From: Novosphingobium sp.
GTDB taxonomy: Bacteria > Pseudomonadota > Alphaproteobacteria > Sphingomonadales > Sphingomonadaceae
NCBI RefSeq assembly: GCF_039595395.1
Contig: NZ_JBCNLP010000001.1
Location: forward strand, 577,823 to 641,822
Direction: 5' to 3'
Length of the DNA: 64,000 nucleotides
Both the position numbers and the translations under genes were made by a program. The notes under the pieces were generated by a model that was not told where the DNA came from, made no database searches, and saw only the letters and a program-made list of their open reading frames with translations. Every line of letters begins with the position of its first letter. Positions within the stretch are counted from its first letter, which is position 1. Of this stretch, positions 21,995-31,415 are shown in pieces.

Positions 21995-23263
21995 TCAGGC
22001 TGCCTTGCGGACTGGCCGGGTGACCACGGCAGGCTTGTCTCCGCGATGGCGGTGAAAGGCGCGGGCCGAGCGCTTCTTCATCCAGATCACCACGCCGGTG
22101 ATGCTCAGCATCGTCACCATGATGCCGATCAGGCTGGTGACGATCTTCCACGCCACACCCCACACGCTGGCCATATGCAGCGAGACGATCCAGTCGGTAA
22201 AGCGGTTGGCGGCGGGCACCTTGCTTGCCAGCGCCACGTTTTTCAGAGCGCCCGTATCGCCATCGAAGATCAGGCGCGAGGCGCCGCCCGCATCGGGCAC
22301 ATCGCCGCTGGTGGTGAAGCCATACATATAGGCCCCGGTGGCGGGCATGTAGTAAAGCCACTGCAGGCGAGCGGCATCGAAGCTGTCATGCGCTTTAGCG
22401 GCCTCCTGCCGGGCCAGCGCCTCGCCCACGGCATGGGCCTTCACCACATCGAGCTTTGGCAGCGGGCGCGGCTGGGGTAGCGGCGCGTAGAGGGCGGTAT
22501 CATCGGTTGCGCCCAGCGCCTTCGTCACCGGGCCATAGATCATCGGCAGGTTGAACGACACGCTGGAGAGCGCGAAAACCAGCAGCGCGGGCCAGACCCA
22601 CAGGCCCCCCGCGCGATGCAGATCGAAATTGAGCTTGTAGGAGGAGCCTGTGCGCCTCACCAGCCATGATGGCTGCCAGCGTTGCCACCAGCCCTTGGCC
22701 TTTTTGCCGACCGCCACCGGCCCCTTTTGCCGGATCGGCAGGGTCAGGTAGAAACCGACAAGGCAGTCGATGGCCCAGACCAGCGCCGCGATCCCCATGA
22801 TCAGCGTGCCCTTGCCCTCGACCAGCAGGTTCTCATGCAGGCGGTAGATCATCGGCAGCAGGTTGCCGATGCCCTGCGAGATATCGCCCCAGCGGCGATG
22901 GCCCAGTTCAGCCCCGGTGTAGGGATCGATGAAAAGCTCGTCCCAGTTTGGCGCCTTCGCGGGCTCTTTCCAGAACACCCGCAGGCGCAGCGTCTTGCCC
23001 GGCTCGACGCTCAGCGGCAGATAGCTGACGCTCATCTCCGGATGGCGCGCCTGTGCCGCCACGGCCAGCGCGGCGGCATCCAGCATCGGCGCGCCCGCGA
23101 CCGGAGGCGAAGCGCGCAGCCAGTGCGGCGCGGTCAGCGCCTCCAGATCATCTTCCCAGGCCAGGAAGGTGCCGGTCAGCCCGGCCATCGCCAGAAACAG
23201 GGCCAGAGTCAGCCCTGCCCAGCGATGGATCAACACCCAGAACGGACGGGTGAGGGGGCTCAT
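21995..23263 (-). CDS. PepSY-associated TM-helix protein (PiuB-like)
   Basis: The N-terminus RPFWVLIHRWAGLTLALFL is typical of the family. It lies directly downstream of a TonB-dependent receptor. Confidence 0.8.
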   Translation of the reverse strand: MSPLTRPFWVLIHRWAGLTLALFLAMAGLTGTFLAWEDDLEALTAPHWLRASPPVAGAPMLDAAALAVAAQARHPEMSVSYLPLSVEPGKTLRLRVFWKEPAKAPNWDELFIDPYTGAELGHRRWGDISQGIGNLLPMIYRLHENLLVEGKGTLIMGIAALVWAIDCLVGFYLTLPIRQKGPVAVGKKAKGWWQRWQPSWLVRRTGSSYKLNFDLHRAGGLWVWPALLVFALSSVSFNLPMIYGPVTKALGATDDTALYAPLPQPRPLPKLDVVKAHAVGEALARQEAAKAHDSFDAARLQWLYYMPATGAYMYGFTTSGDVPDAGGASRLIFDGDTGALKNVALASKVPAANRFTDWIVSLHMASVWGVAWKIVTSLIGIMVTMLSITGVVIWMKKRSARAFHRHRGDKPAVVTRPVRKAA

Positions 23264-23286
23264 ACCGGTCGGCTACTCCGTTGGAC

Positions 23287-25482
23287 TCAGAACTTCCACG
23301 CCAGCGTACCCTGAGCGGTACGGCGCTGGCCATACCAGCACCATGCGGTGGACTGCGGATAGAGATAGCAGCTGGTCAGATACTTCTTGTCGAACAGATT
23401 GGTGACATTGACGCTCAGCGTCATGCCCTTCATCCGCGTGTCGAGGTTCGACAGGTCGTAATGCAGCATCGCATCGAAGACGGTGTAGGCCGGCACATAA
23501 TACTGACGGATGTTGTTGCCGGTCAGCGTGGTGTCGAACAGGCCGCCATAGGTCCGGCTGACATGGCGCACACCCGCGCCCAGGTTCAGGCTCTTGAGCG
23601 CGCCGCTCTTGGCCGTCCAGTCGAGGTTGACGGACAGATTGCCGTCGCCCGCACCGATCAGGCCGGTGCCGACATTCTGCGGATCCTGATCCGAGACGGT
23701 GCGGACGCGCTGATGGCTGTAGGCGCCATGCAGGTTGAAGCCGCCGGGCAGCGGGGCGCTGGCCTCGATTTCAAAGCCTTCCGAACGCACCTTGCCGCTC
23801 TGCGTGGAAATCTGGGTGGCCGGATTGGTCGTGACCAGATTGGTCTGCTCGATGTGGAACCATGCGGCGGTGATCAGGATCGGCGAGCCATTGGGCTGGA
23901 ACTTCACACCCGCTTCCACCTGCTTGCCCATCGAGGGCTTGGCCAGCACGCCGGTGGCGGCGTTCAGCACCGTGGCCTGCGGCTCGAAAGAGGTCGAATA
24001 GCTGGCATAGGGCGCCAGACCGAAGCTGGTCTTGTAGAGCACACCGGCGCGGCCCGTGAACTTGCTGTCCTTCTGGACAGTGCCGGGGGTCCAGCTTGCG
24101 GCCCAGTCCTGACGGCCGCTCAGCACCACGCGCAACCCGCCATAGCTGATCGTGTCCTGCCCATAGAGGCCGGTCTGGCCGAAGCTGATCCGGGTTTCAA
24201 AGGCCGATCCGATCTGCTCCGCGCTCTGCGGCACGGGCTGGGTGCCATAGACCGGGTTGAAGATGCTGATGTCATTGGCCGAGCCGAAAGCGGCCAGCTC
24301 ATAGGAATGGGCGGTCTGGCGATCGACGCCCAGCAGGATGTCATGGGTGATCGGGCCGGTCTTGATGCGCCCGGTCAGCTGATTGTCGAAGGTCCAGTTG
24401 TTCAGCGTCTCATGCGTGGCATAGCTGCCGCGCGTGGAGGTGGTCTGCTGGCTGAGGTTCGTCAGGCCGGTCTGCATGCCGGTTTCATAGATCGAGCCCA
24501 GACTCGTCGTCACCTGCTGGTAACGACCCGAGGAGCGGAACTTCCAGCCGCTGCCGAAATCATGGTTGAGGATATAGGTGGTGGCCACCTGCTCGCGGCG
24601 GTAGAAGCCGCCGGGCTCGCCATCGGCATAGCGCGTGGAAACCTTGCCGTTCACATTGTAGAACAGCGTGCCCGAAGCAGGCTGGCCGCTGTAATTGCCG
24701 TTCTTGGGATCATGCGAATAGGCCGCCAGCACCGTCAGCGAGGTTCTGTCGTCGATCTTGGCGGTGACCGCGCCGTTGATCACCTGACGCGCACGGCTGC
24801 CGTAATATTGCTGGGTGTCGGCGCCATTGACGCTGCCTGAGAGGCGCACGCCGATGGCGTCGCTCAGCTTGCCGCCCACATCGGCATCGACGCGGTACAG
24901 GTTGTAAGTGCCATAGGTCGCTGCCGCCGAACCATAGAACTGTTTGTCGAGCGGCAGCTTGCTGGTCATGGCGACCAGACCGCCGGGGCTCGACTGACCA
25001 TAGAGCGCCGAGGCCGGGCCCTTGACCACCTCGATGCTCTCAAGGCGCGACATGTCAACCTGAGGCATGGCATAGCCGCTGCTGCTGGAAAACTGCTTCA
25101 GCCCATCGAGATAGACTGGGGCATCGAAACCGCGCAGCTTGAACTGGTCGTACTGCTCGGCGCCCGCGCCGCGCGTTTCGGGCGTGATGCCCGCCACATA
25201 GCGCAGCGCCTGATTGAGGTTGGCCACGCCCAGACGGTCGATGTCCTCGCGGCTGATCACGCTGATCGACTGCGGGGTTTCCGCGATCGGCAGGCTGCTC
25301 TTGCTGCCCGCCGAGACCGCCTTGTCACCCAGAGTACCGGTCACCGTGATGGTGTTGTCATCGGCGTTGGCGTCGGCAGCGGCGGCTGCAGCATCCGCCG
25401 CAAAGGCGGGAGCGGCCAGAGCCGTGGCGAGCGCCAGCGTGGCACAGGTCAGAAGGCGGCGGTTCAGAGGACGGGGAAACAT
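23287..25482 (-). CDS. TonB-dependent (siderophore-type) outer-membrane receptor
   Basis: The ATG at 25482 gives a signal peptide ending AFA. The plug motif is ETPQSISVISRE and the C-terminus is aromatic (...LAWKF). The ORF-track start at 25767 is probably too long. Confidence 0.88.
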   Translation of the reverse strand: MFPRPLNRRLLTCATLALATALAAPAFAADAAAAAADANADDNTITVTGTLGDKAVSAGSKSSLPIAETPQSISVISREDIDRLGVANLNQALRYVAGITPETRGAGAEQYDQFKLRGFDAPVYLDGLKQFSSSSGYAMPQVDMSRLESIEVVKGPASALYGQSSPGGLVAMTSKLPLDKQFYGSAAATYGTYNLYRVDADVGGKLSDAIGVRLSGSVNGADTQQYYGSRARQVINGAVTAKIDDRTSLTVLAAYSHDPKNGNYSGQPASGTLFYNVNGKVSTRYADGEPGGFYRREQVATTYILNHDFGSGWKFRSSGRYQQVTTSLGSIYETGMQTGLTNLSQQTTSTRGSYATHETLNNWTFDNQLTGRIKTGPITHDILLGVDRQTAHSYELAAFGSANDISIFNPVYGTQPVPQSAEQIGSAFETRISFGQTGLYGQDTISYGGLRVVLSGRQDWAASWTPGTVQKDSKFTGRAGVLYKTSFGLAPYASYSTSFEPQATVLNAATGVLAKPSMGKQVEAGVKFQPNGSPILITAAWFHIEQTNLVTTNPATQISTQSGKVRSEGFEIEASAPLPGGFNLHGAYSHQRVRTVSDQDPQNVGTGLIGAGDGNLSVNLDWTAKSGALKSLNLGAGVRHVSRTYGGLFDTTLTGNNIRQYYVPAYTVFDAMLHYDLSNLDTRMKGMTLSVNVTNLFDKKYLTSCYLYPQSTAWCWYGQRRTAQGTLAWKF

Positions 25483-25740
25483 GCGGCAAATCCTTAAAGG
25501 GCGCGCGACCTGCGCCCGAAGGGAGGGAAACGGCAGCCTCCGTTCCCGCCATCGCGGGATGGCAGGAGGGGCAGCGACCATTGTGAGTCTGTCGTTCGGC
25601 GGGGGAAACCGATCGCCGCACCCGCTAATGCGAGCGCCTCGCAACTGCAAGTGATTGTTGCGAGTGATTCGCTCTTTTTGTGGATGTGCCATAGCGATAG
25701 TGGCCCCTGCGCAACACCGAAGGGCGCAGGCAGAGGCCGG

Positions 25741-25772
25741 ACAAACGAAAACCGGGGGCGTTGCCACCCCCG
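25741..25772 (-). terminator. Rho-independent terminator downstream of ahpF
   Basis: The minus strand reads CCGGGGG-tggcaacg-CCCCCGG followed by TTTTCGTTTGT. Confidence 0.75.
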
Positions 25773-25808
25773 GTTTCGGACCTTGTTAAAGCGTTGATCC
25801 GGAGGGGA

Positions 25809-27398
25809 TCAGGCGTTTTCGGTCACCTTCTCCGGCGCGGAGGTCCGGATCAGGTGGTCGAAGGCCGACAGCGAAGCCTTGGCGCCTTCGCCCACCGCGA
25901 TCACGATCTGCTTGTACGGCACCGTGGTCACGTCGCCGGCGGCGAAGACGCCGGGCAGCGAGGTCTCGCCACGGGCGTCGACGATGATCTCGCCACGCGG
26001 CGACAGCTCGACGGTGCCCTTGAGCCACTCGGTGTTGGGCAGCAGGCCGATCTGCACGAAGATGCCTTCCAGCTCGATCGACTTGAACTCCTCGGAGTTG
26101 CGGTCCTTGTAGACCAGGCCGGTGACCTTCTGGCCGTCGCCCTTCACTTCGCTGGTCAGGGCGCTGGTGATCACCTCGACGTTCGGCAGGCTGTAGAGCT
26201 TGCGTTGCAGCACGGCATCGGCGCGCAGCTTGCTGTCGAACTCCAGCAGGGTCACATGGGCGACGATGCCGGCCAGGTCGATGGCCGCCTCGACGCCGGA
26301 GTTGCCGCCGCCGATCACCGCCACGCGCTTGCCCTTGAACAGCGGGCCGTCGCAGTGCGGGCAGTAGGCCACGCCCTTGGCCTTGTATTCCTGCTCGCCG
26401 GGCACGTTCATTTCGCGCCAGCGGGCGCCGGTGGCGAGGATCAGGGTCTTGGCCTTGAGGGTGCCGCCGCTCTCCAGCTGCACCTCGTGCAACTCGCCGG
26501 CGTTCTTCGCCGGAACCAGCTTGTCGGCGCGCTGCAGGTTCATGATGTCGACGTCGTAGTCCTTGACGTGCTCTTCCAGCGCCCTGGCCAGCTTCGGGCC
26601 TTCGGTCTCCTGCACCGAGATGAAGTTCTCGATGGCCATGGTGTCCAGCACCTGGCCGCCGAAGCGCTCGGCGGCGACGCCGGTGCGGATGCCCTTGCGC
26701 GCGGCGTAGATCGCCGCCGCGGCGCCGGCCGGGCCACCGCCGACCACCAGCACGTCGAAGGCGTCCTTGCGGGCGGTCAGCTTCTCGGCGTCGCGGGCGG
26801 CGGCGCCGGTGTCGATCTTGGCGAGGATTTCTTCCACGCCCATGCGGCCCTGGCCGAACACTTCGCCGTTCAGGTAGATGCTCGGCACCGACATGATCTG
26901 GCGCGCCTCGACCTCATCCTGGAACAGCGCGCCGTCGATGGCGACGTGACGGATGTTCGGGTTGAGCACGGCCATCAGGTTCAGCGCCTGGACCACGTCC
27001 GGGCAGTTCTGGCAGGACAGCGAGAAGTAGGTTTCGAACTCGAAGGTGCCCTCGATGCCCTTGACCTGCTCGATCACGTCCGCGTCGAGCTTGGAGGGGT
27101 GGCCGCCGACCTGCAGCAGGGCCAGCACCAGCGAGGTGAATTCGTGGCCCATGGGGATACCGGCGAAGCGCACCGTGGCATGGCGGGCCGAGGCGCGGGT
27201 GATGCTGAAGGAGGGCACGCGGGCATCCTCGCCATCGAAGCTGGCCGTGACCTTGTCCGACAGAGCAGCGATTTCGTTGAGCAACTCGCGGGTCTGGGCC
27301 GACTTGGCATCGTCGCCCACCGTGGCGACAAGCTCGATCGGCTCGCGCAGCATGGCGAGGTATTGCTTGAGCTGGGCGGTCAGGGCGGCGTCGAGCAT
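25809..27398 (-). CDS. ahpF: Alkyl hydroperoxide reductase subunit F
   Basis: 529 aa. It has an N-terminal thioredoxin-like double domain, the redox motifs CQNCP and CPHCDG, and FAD/NADH motifs. Confidence 0.95.
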   Translation of the reverse strand: MLDAALTAQLKQYLAMLREPIELVATVGDDAKSAQTRELLNEIAALSDKVTASFDGEDARVPSFSITRASARHATVRFAGIPMGHEFTSLVLALLQVGGHPSKLDADVIEQVKGIEGTFEFETYFSLSCQNCPDVVQALNLMAVLNPNIRHVAIDGALFQDEVEARQIMSVPSIYLNGEVFGQGRMGVEEILAKIDTGAAARDAEKLTARKDAFDVLVVGGGPAGAAAAIYAARKGIRTGVAAERFGGQVLDTMAIENFISVQETEGPKLARALEEHVKDYDVDIMNLQRADKLVPAKNAGELHEVQLESGGTLKAKTLILATGARWREMNVPGEQEYKAKGVAYCPHCDGPLFKGKRVAVIGGGNSGVEAAIDLAGIVAHVTLLEFDSKLRADAVLQRKLYSLPNVEVITSALTSEVKGDGQKVTGLVYKDRNSEEFKSIELEGIFVQIGLLPNTEWLKGTVELSPRGEIIVDARGETSLPGVFAAGDVTTVPYKQIVIAVGEGAKASLSAFDHLIRTSAPEKVTENA

Positions 27399-27424
27399 AG
27401 TCTGGTCCTTCGGAATGAATAAGG

Positions 27425-27650
27425 GGGTAAAGTGTTAAAAGCAGGGGGTGTTACACCCCCTGCACCCCCGGAACGTCTTCCGGCGAGAGGGGAATGAATG
27501 GGGCGTCGTCGCGTTCCGAACGCCCTGATGTGCAATATGTGTCGTGCCTCCGGCGGTGAGATCGGGCGCAGCGGCGCCGCACAATCTGCCTTCGCATCGG
27601 GAGACGTATCGGGAGCGCGAGGGGATAATCCCCTCGCACTGACCCTTTTT
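27425..27650. repeat. Family-1-related variant element, copy 5, inside the ahpC-ahpF spacer
   Basis: Both ends are of the right-end type (GACGT-containing arm plus hairpin). The hairpins are GCAGGGGGTG-tta-CACCCCCTGC (27441-27463) and GCGAGGGGAT-a-ATCCCCTCGC (27617-27637). The interior has diverged from the other copies. Confidence 0.7.
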
Positions 27651-27662
27651 AACTTCGAAAAC

Positions 27663-28226
27663 TTAGATCTTGCCGACCAGATCGATCGACGGAGCCAGCG
27701 TTTCCGAACCTTCTTCCCACTTGGCGGGGCACACCTGGCCGGGGTGCTCCTGCCAGTACTTGGCGGCCTTGATCTTGCGCACCAGCTCGGCGGCGTTGCG
27801 GCCCACGCCCTCGGGGGTCACTTCGACCAGCTGCACCACGCCCTCGGGGTCGGTGACGAAGGTGCCGCGGTCGGCCAGGCCAACGCCTTCGCGCAGGTTG
27901 CCGAACTGCTTGGTCAGGTCATGGTTCTGGTCGCCGACCAGATAGTACTGGATGGTGCCGATGGCGGGCGAGGTGTCGGCCCAGGCCTTGTGGCTGAAGT
28001 GGGTGTCGGTCGACACGCCATACACTTCCACGCCCATGCCCTTCAGCGTGGCATACTCGTTCTGGAGGTCTTCCAGCTCGGTGGGGCACACGAAGGTGAA
28101 GTCGGCGGGGTAGAAGAAGAAGACAGACCACTTGCCCTTGATGTCGGCATCGGTGACGTCAACGAAAGCGCCTTCCTTGTAGGCCGTGGCGGTGAAGGGC
28201 TGAATCGAATAGCCGATAAGCGACAT
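27663..28226 (-). CDS. ahpC: Alkyl hydroperoxide reductase subunit C (2-Cys peroxiredoxin)
   Basis: MSLIGYSIQPF...FFFYPADFTFVCPTEL starts at the ATG at 28226. The resolving Cys lies in the VCPAKW motif. Confidence 0.95.
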   Translation of the reverse strand: MSLIGYSIQPFTATAYKEGAFVDVTDADIKGKWSVFFFYPADFTFVCPTELEDLQNEYATLKGMGVEVYGVSTDTHFSHKAWADTSPAIGTIQYYLVGDQNHDLTKQFGNLREGVGLADRGTFVTDPEGVVQLVEVTPEGVGRNAAELVRKIKAAKYWQEHPGQVCPAKWEEGSETLAPSIDLVGKI

Positions 28227-28379
28227 GGGGTAACTCCTTGGTCGTTTGGTGTTGAACTGCTTGAAGGCGAGATAGGGGCTCACACCGCAGATGCGAAGTG
28301 GGCATTCCCGATTAATCAGAACAGGATTGCCGATCAGTGGTTCTAATCGGACGAGGCGATTATGTGATGGTAGTATGAC

Positions 28380-28624
28380 AGGAAGGAGAATGCGAGGGCC
28401 ATCGCCCTCGCGCTCCCTTTAATGTCCACGTTGCGCGTAACCTATCGGTTCGGCACGGATTCATGGCGCCGCAGGCTTTCAAATCGCCAGCACAGCGTGC
28501 CGTTCAGGGCATACCTGCCTACGGCGCAGGTGGAGAGATGAGGCGTTTCGCTTCGGTGCCACTACCGTCTCGCCGGAAGACGTTCCGGGAGCGCGAGGGG
28601 GTAACCCCCTCGCATCTTTCTTTT
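28380..28624 (+). repeat. Family-1 intergenic element, copy 6 (full length, forward)
   Basis: Both terminal hairpins and the conserved GGTGGAGAG and GGAAGACGT motifs are present. It ends 1-2 nt before the aroC stop (28626-28628). Confidence 0.9.
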
Positions 28625-28625
28625 C

Positions 28626-29696
28626 TTACCGCCCTGTCTGCCCGCGATGCAGCAACTTGTGATCGGCCAGCACCAGAGCCATCATCGCCTCGACAACAGG
28701 TACACCGCGAATGCCGACGCAGGGGTCGTGACGGCCCTTGGTGAAGAGTTCTGTGGCCTCGCCCTCGCGGGTGATGGTGGGCATCGGGGTCAGAATGCTG
28801 CTGGTCGGCTTGAAAGCGACGCGCACCACCACCGGCTGGCCGGTGGAGATGCCGCCCGCGATCCCGCCCGCATGGTTGGCGGAGAAACGCGGGCCTTCAT
28901 TGCCGGGGTACATGGGGTCGGCGTTCTGCTCACCGGTCAGGCGGGCGGCGGCGAAACCGTCGCCGATTTCCACGCCCTTGGTGGCGTTGATGGTCATCAT
29001 CGCGGCGGCGAGGTCGGAATCCAGCTTGGCATAGATCGGCGCGCCCCAACCGGCAGGCACGCCGGTGGCCGTGCATTCCACCACCGCGCCCACCGAGGAA
29101 CCGGCCTTGCGCGCGTCATCCACGATCTTTTCCCAGCGCTGCGCGGCGGCTGCGTCAGGGCAGAAGAACGGGTTGGCGCGGATCTGGTCGGCGTCGAAAT
29201 TGGCCGGATCGATGGCATCGCCGCCGATTTCCGAGACATAGGCCAGGATCGTCACCTCTGGGATCGCCAGACGCGCCACGCCGCCGGCGGCCACGCGCGC
29301 CGCCGTCTCGCGCGCCGATGAGCGCCCGCCGCCGCGATAGTCGCGGAAGCCATATTTGGCGTCATAGGTGTAATCGGCGTGGCCGGGGCGATAGGATTTG
29401 GCGACCTCGGAATAATCCTTGGAGCGCTGATCGGTGTTCTCGATCATCAGGCTGATCGGGGTGCCGGTGGTCTTGCCCTCGAACACGCCCGAGAGGATGC
29501 GCACCTGATCGGGCTCCTGCCGCTGGGTGGTGAACTTGCTCTGGCCGGGGCGGCGGGCGTCGAGGAAGGGCTGGATCATGCTCTCGTCGATCGCCAGACC
29601 CGGAGGGCAGCCATCGACCACGGCGCCAAGGGCAGGCCCGTGGCTCTCGCCCCAGGTGGTGAATCGGAAGATGCGGCCAAAGGTGTTCCAGCTCAT
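28626..29696 (-). CDS. aroC: Chorismate synthase
   Basis: [24 protein letters not shown]... starts at the ATG at 29696. The ORF-track extension to 30134 is not chorismate-synthase-like. Confidence 0.95.
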   Translation of the reverse strand: MSWNTFGRIFRFTTWGESHGPALGAVVDGCPPGLAIDESMIQPFLDARRPGQSKFTTQRQEPDQVRILSGVFEGKTTGTPISLMIENTDQRSKDYSEVAKSYRPGHADYTYDAKYGFRDYRGGGRSSARETAARVAAGGVARLAIPEVTILAYVSEIGGDAIDPANFDADQIRANPFFCPDAAAAQRWEKIVDDARKAGSSVGAVVECTATGVPAGWGAPIYAKLDSDLAAAMMTINATKGVEIGDGFAAARLTGEQNADPMYPGNEGPRFSANHAGGIAGGISTGQPVVVRVAFKPTSSILTPMPTITREGEATELFTKGRHDPCVGIRGVPVVEAMMALVLADHKLLHRGQTGR

Positions 29697-29771
29697 GGGG
29701 TTTGCCTTTGGCGCCGTTGTTCGCAAAAGTCCACCGTCGCGGGCTTGGAATAAAGCTGCGCGGGCGATAGG

Positions 29772-30080
29772 GTGGCGGCCATGTATATGAATGTCTTCCG
29801 CAGCCGTAAGCGCGATGGGTATGATGCCGAAGCCTATGCCGAGGATGCCGCGCGCATGGGCGAACTGGCGCAGGCTCAGCCGGGCTTCGTCGATTACAAG
29901 AGCTTTGCCGCCCCCGATGGCGAGACGGTGACGATCTCGGTCTGGGAGAGCACGCAGGCGGCCAAGGCCTGGGCGCGTCATCCGGAGCATCTTGAGGCGC
30001 AGGCGCGCGGACGCGACGACTATTACGCCGAGTTCACGATGTATGCGGCCGACGATGCGCGGGTGCGGCGCTTTCCCTAA
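29772..30080 (+). CDS. Antibiotic biosynthesis monooxygenase (ABM) family protein
   Basis: About 100 aa. The pattern FVDYKSF...[23 protein letters not shown] is ABM-like. The start is GTG at 29772 or ATG at 29781. Confidence 0.7.
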   Translation: MAAMYMNVFRSRKRDGYDAEAYAEDAARMGELAQAQPGFVDYKSFAAPDGETVTISVWESTQAAKAWARHPEHLEAQARGRDDYYAEFTMYAADDARVRRFP

Positions 30081-30161
30081 GGTGGGTCGTGATTTGCCCA
30101 CAGGCTGATGAAAAGCACTGGCAATCACGGGCAAGCGCTGCTAACCGCATGGCCAGCGCAA

Positions 30162-30238
30162 GCATCCATAGCTCAGCTGGATAGAGTACTGCCCTCCGAA
30201 GGCAGGGGTCGCAGGTTCGAATCCTGCTGGATGCGCCA
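30162..30238 (+). tRNA. tRNA-Arg (anticodon CCG)
   Basis: The cloverleaf was folded by hand. Acceptor stem GCATCCA/TGGATGC, anticodon stem CTGCC/GGCAG with loop CTCCGAA, T arm GCAGG-TTCGAAT-CCTGC, and an encoded CCA. Confidence 0.9.
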
Positions 30239-30321
30239 TTTTCCTGACAGCTTTGACGATTTGCCGCGGATGCTGGTCTGCGCTAGGGGCTTGCCGCAAT
30301 TGCAGGCAAAGGAGCAGCCCC

Positions 30322-30669
30322 GTGTCGATCATTCTCTATGGCATTCCCAATTGCGACACGGTGAAAAAGGCCCGTACCTGGCTGACGGCCAAGGGCGTGG
30401 ATTATGCCTTCCACGATTACAAGAAAGCCGGGGCCGATGAAGCGCAGATCGCGCGCTGGGCTCAGGCGGTGGGCTGGGAAAAGGTGCTGAACCGCGCCGG
30501 CACCACCTTCAAGAAGCTGCCCGAGGATCAGAAGGCCGATCTGGACGAGGCCAAGGCCGTGGCGATCATGGCCGCCAACCCCAGCGCCATCAAGCGCCCC
30601 ATCGTGGAGAAGGACGGCAAGGTCGTCGCGGTGGGCTTCAAGGAGCCCGAGTGGGCCGGGATTTTCTGA
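30322..30669 (+). CDS. ArsC/Spx-family reductase-like protein (YffB-type)
   Basis: The GTG at 30322 gives [21 protein letters not shown]...AIKRPIV. Confidence 0.85.
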   Translation: MSIILYGIPNCDTVKKARTWLTAKGVDYAFHDYKKAGADEAQIARWAQAVGWEKVLNRAGTTFKKLPEDQKADLDEAKAVAIMAANPSAIKRPIVEKDGKVVAVGFKEPEWAGIF

Positions 30670-30809
30670 TTGGACAATGCGCCAGGGCGCATTGTCAGCG
30701 CGGCACCAGCCCGCTCCCCCGGCCCAGCCGCCCACAGCATACCACGATGGTTGGCTGGTCCGGGGAAGCGGGCTGATGCCGCAAATCCGGCTGTCGTCGG
30801 TTTGCAAAC
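30670..30809 (+). repeat. Family-2 three-hairpin intergenic element, copy 1
   Basis: Hairpin 1 is GACAATGCGC-cagg-GCGCATTGTC (30673-30696). Hairpin 2 has a 23-bp stem with 2 mismatches (30707-30775). Hairpin 3 spans 30780-30805. It fills the whole gap between two convergent genes. Confidence 0.8.
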
Positions 30810-31415
30810 CTATTGCAGCGCCCGCTGCTCGATCAGCTTGAGGTAACGCATCCGCTCGGCGGGCAGCACCAGCATCTGCAATTGGGGCGAGCCGCCGGGC
30901 AGCAGATGGCAGTCGCCCGGCTCCACCTGAGGGCCGGTGGTGCCGATCAGCGCGGGCAGGGGCTTGATGACCTCGAAGGTCAGCACATAGTCCAGCGTGG
31001 CCTTGAAATCGCTGCGGATGGCGAGGGAATCGCGGGCCTGCCGCATCGTATCGACCCGCTGGAAGGTGCCCCAGCCGCCGGGCCGCAGTGAGCCATCGGG
31101 CAGCACCTGACCTTTGGCGACGGCCATCTGGAAGCGTGTGCCCACCGACAGCAGCATCACCTCGGGCGGCAGGCCATCGGGCCATGGCGAGGGCAAGGGG
31201 CTGTCGGCCAGATCGTGGAACACCGCCGCCGCCCGCGCCGGATCGGCATAGCGCCAGCCCTGCGCCTGAGCCCATGCCTTGCCCGCCGGGCTCTCCAGCG
31301 TATCGCAGCCTGCGACGGGGCCCGGTCCGACCTGCGCCAGCGCCGGAGACGGCGCCAGCAAAGACGCCGGAGCCGGGACCAGCGCCAGCAGTGCCGCCAG
31401 CAGGCCCGCCCGCAT
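30810..31415 (-). CDS. Secreted hypothetical protein
   Basis: The signal peptide is MRAGLLAALLALVPAPASLLAPSPALA. The start overlaps the ubiG stop by 1 nt (TGATG). See the findings for a weak TNT-like motif resemblance. Confidence 0.6.
   Translation of the reverse strand: MRAGLLAALLALVPAPASLLAPSPALAQVGPGPVAGCDTLESPAGKAWAQAQGWRYADPARAAAVFHDLADSPLPSPWPDGLPPEVMLLSVGTRFQMAVAKGQVLPDGSLRPGGWGTFQRVDTMRQARDSLAIRSDFKATLDYVLTFEVIKPLPALIGTTGPQVEPGDCHLLPGGSPQLQMLVLPAERMRYLKLIEQRALQ

Noticed and set aside
25483-25660. A cobalamin or other riboswitch in the leader of the TonB-dependent receptor.
   Set aside because: I could not find the B12-box core (GCCACTG-like) or the conserved GGTG...AATCC elements. 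The receptor with its PepSY partner looks siderophore-type.
30162-30238. A genomic island or prophage integrated at tRNA-Arg, and similarly at tRNA-Lys.
   Set aside because: There is no integrase, excisionase or phage gene, and no direct repeat of either tRNA 3-prime end. The genes after tRNA-Arg are ordinary (ArsC-family gene, ubiG, lysC). Only the tRNA-Lys side shows a mild compositional anomaly, and that is reported separately as a finding.
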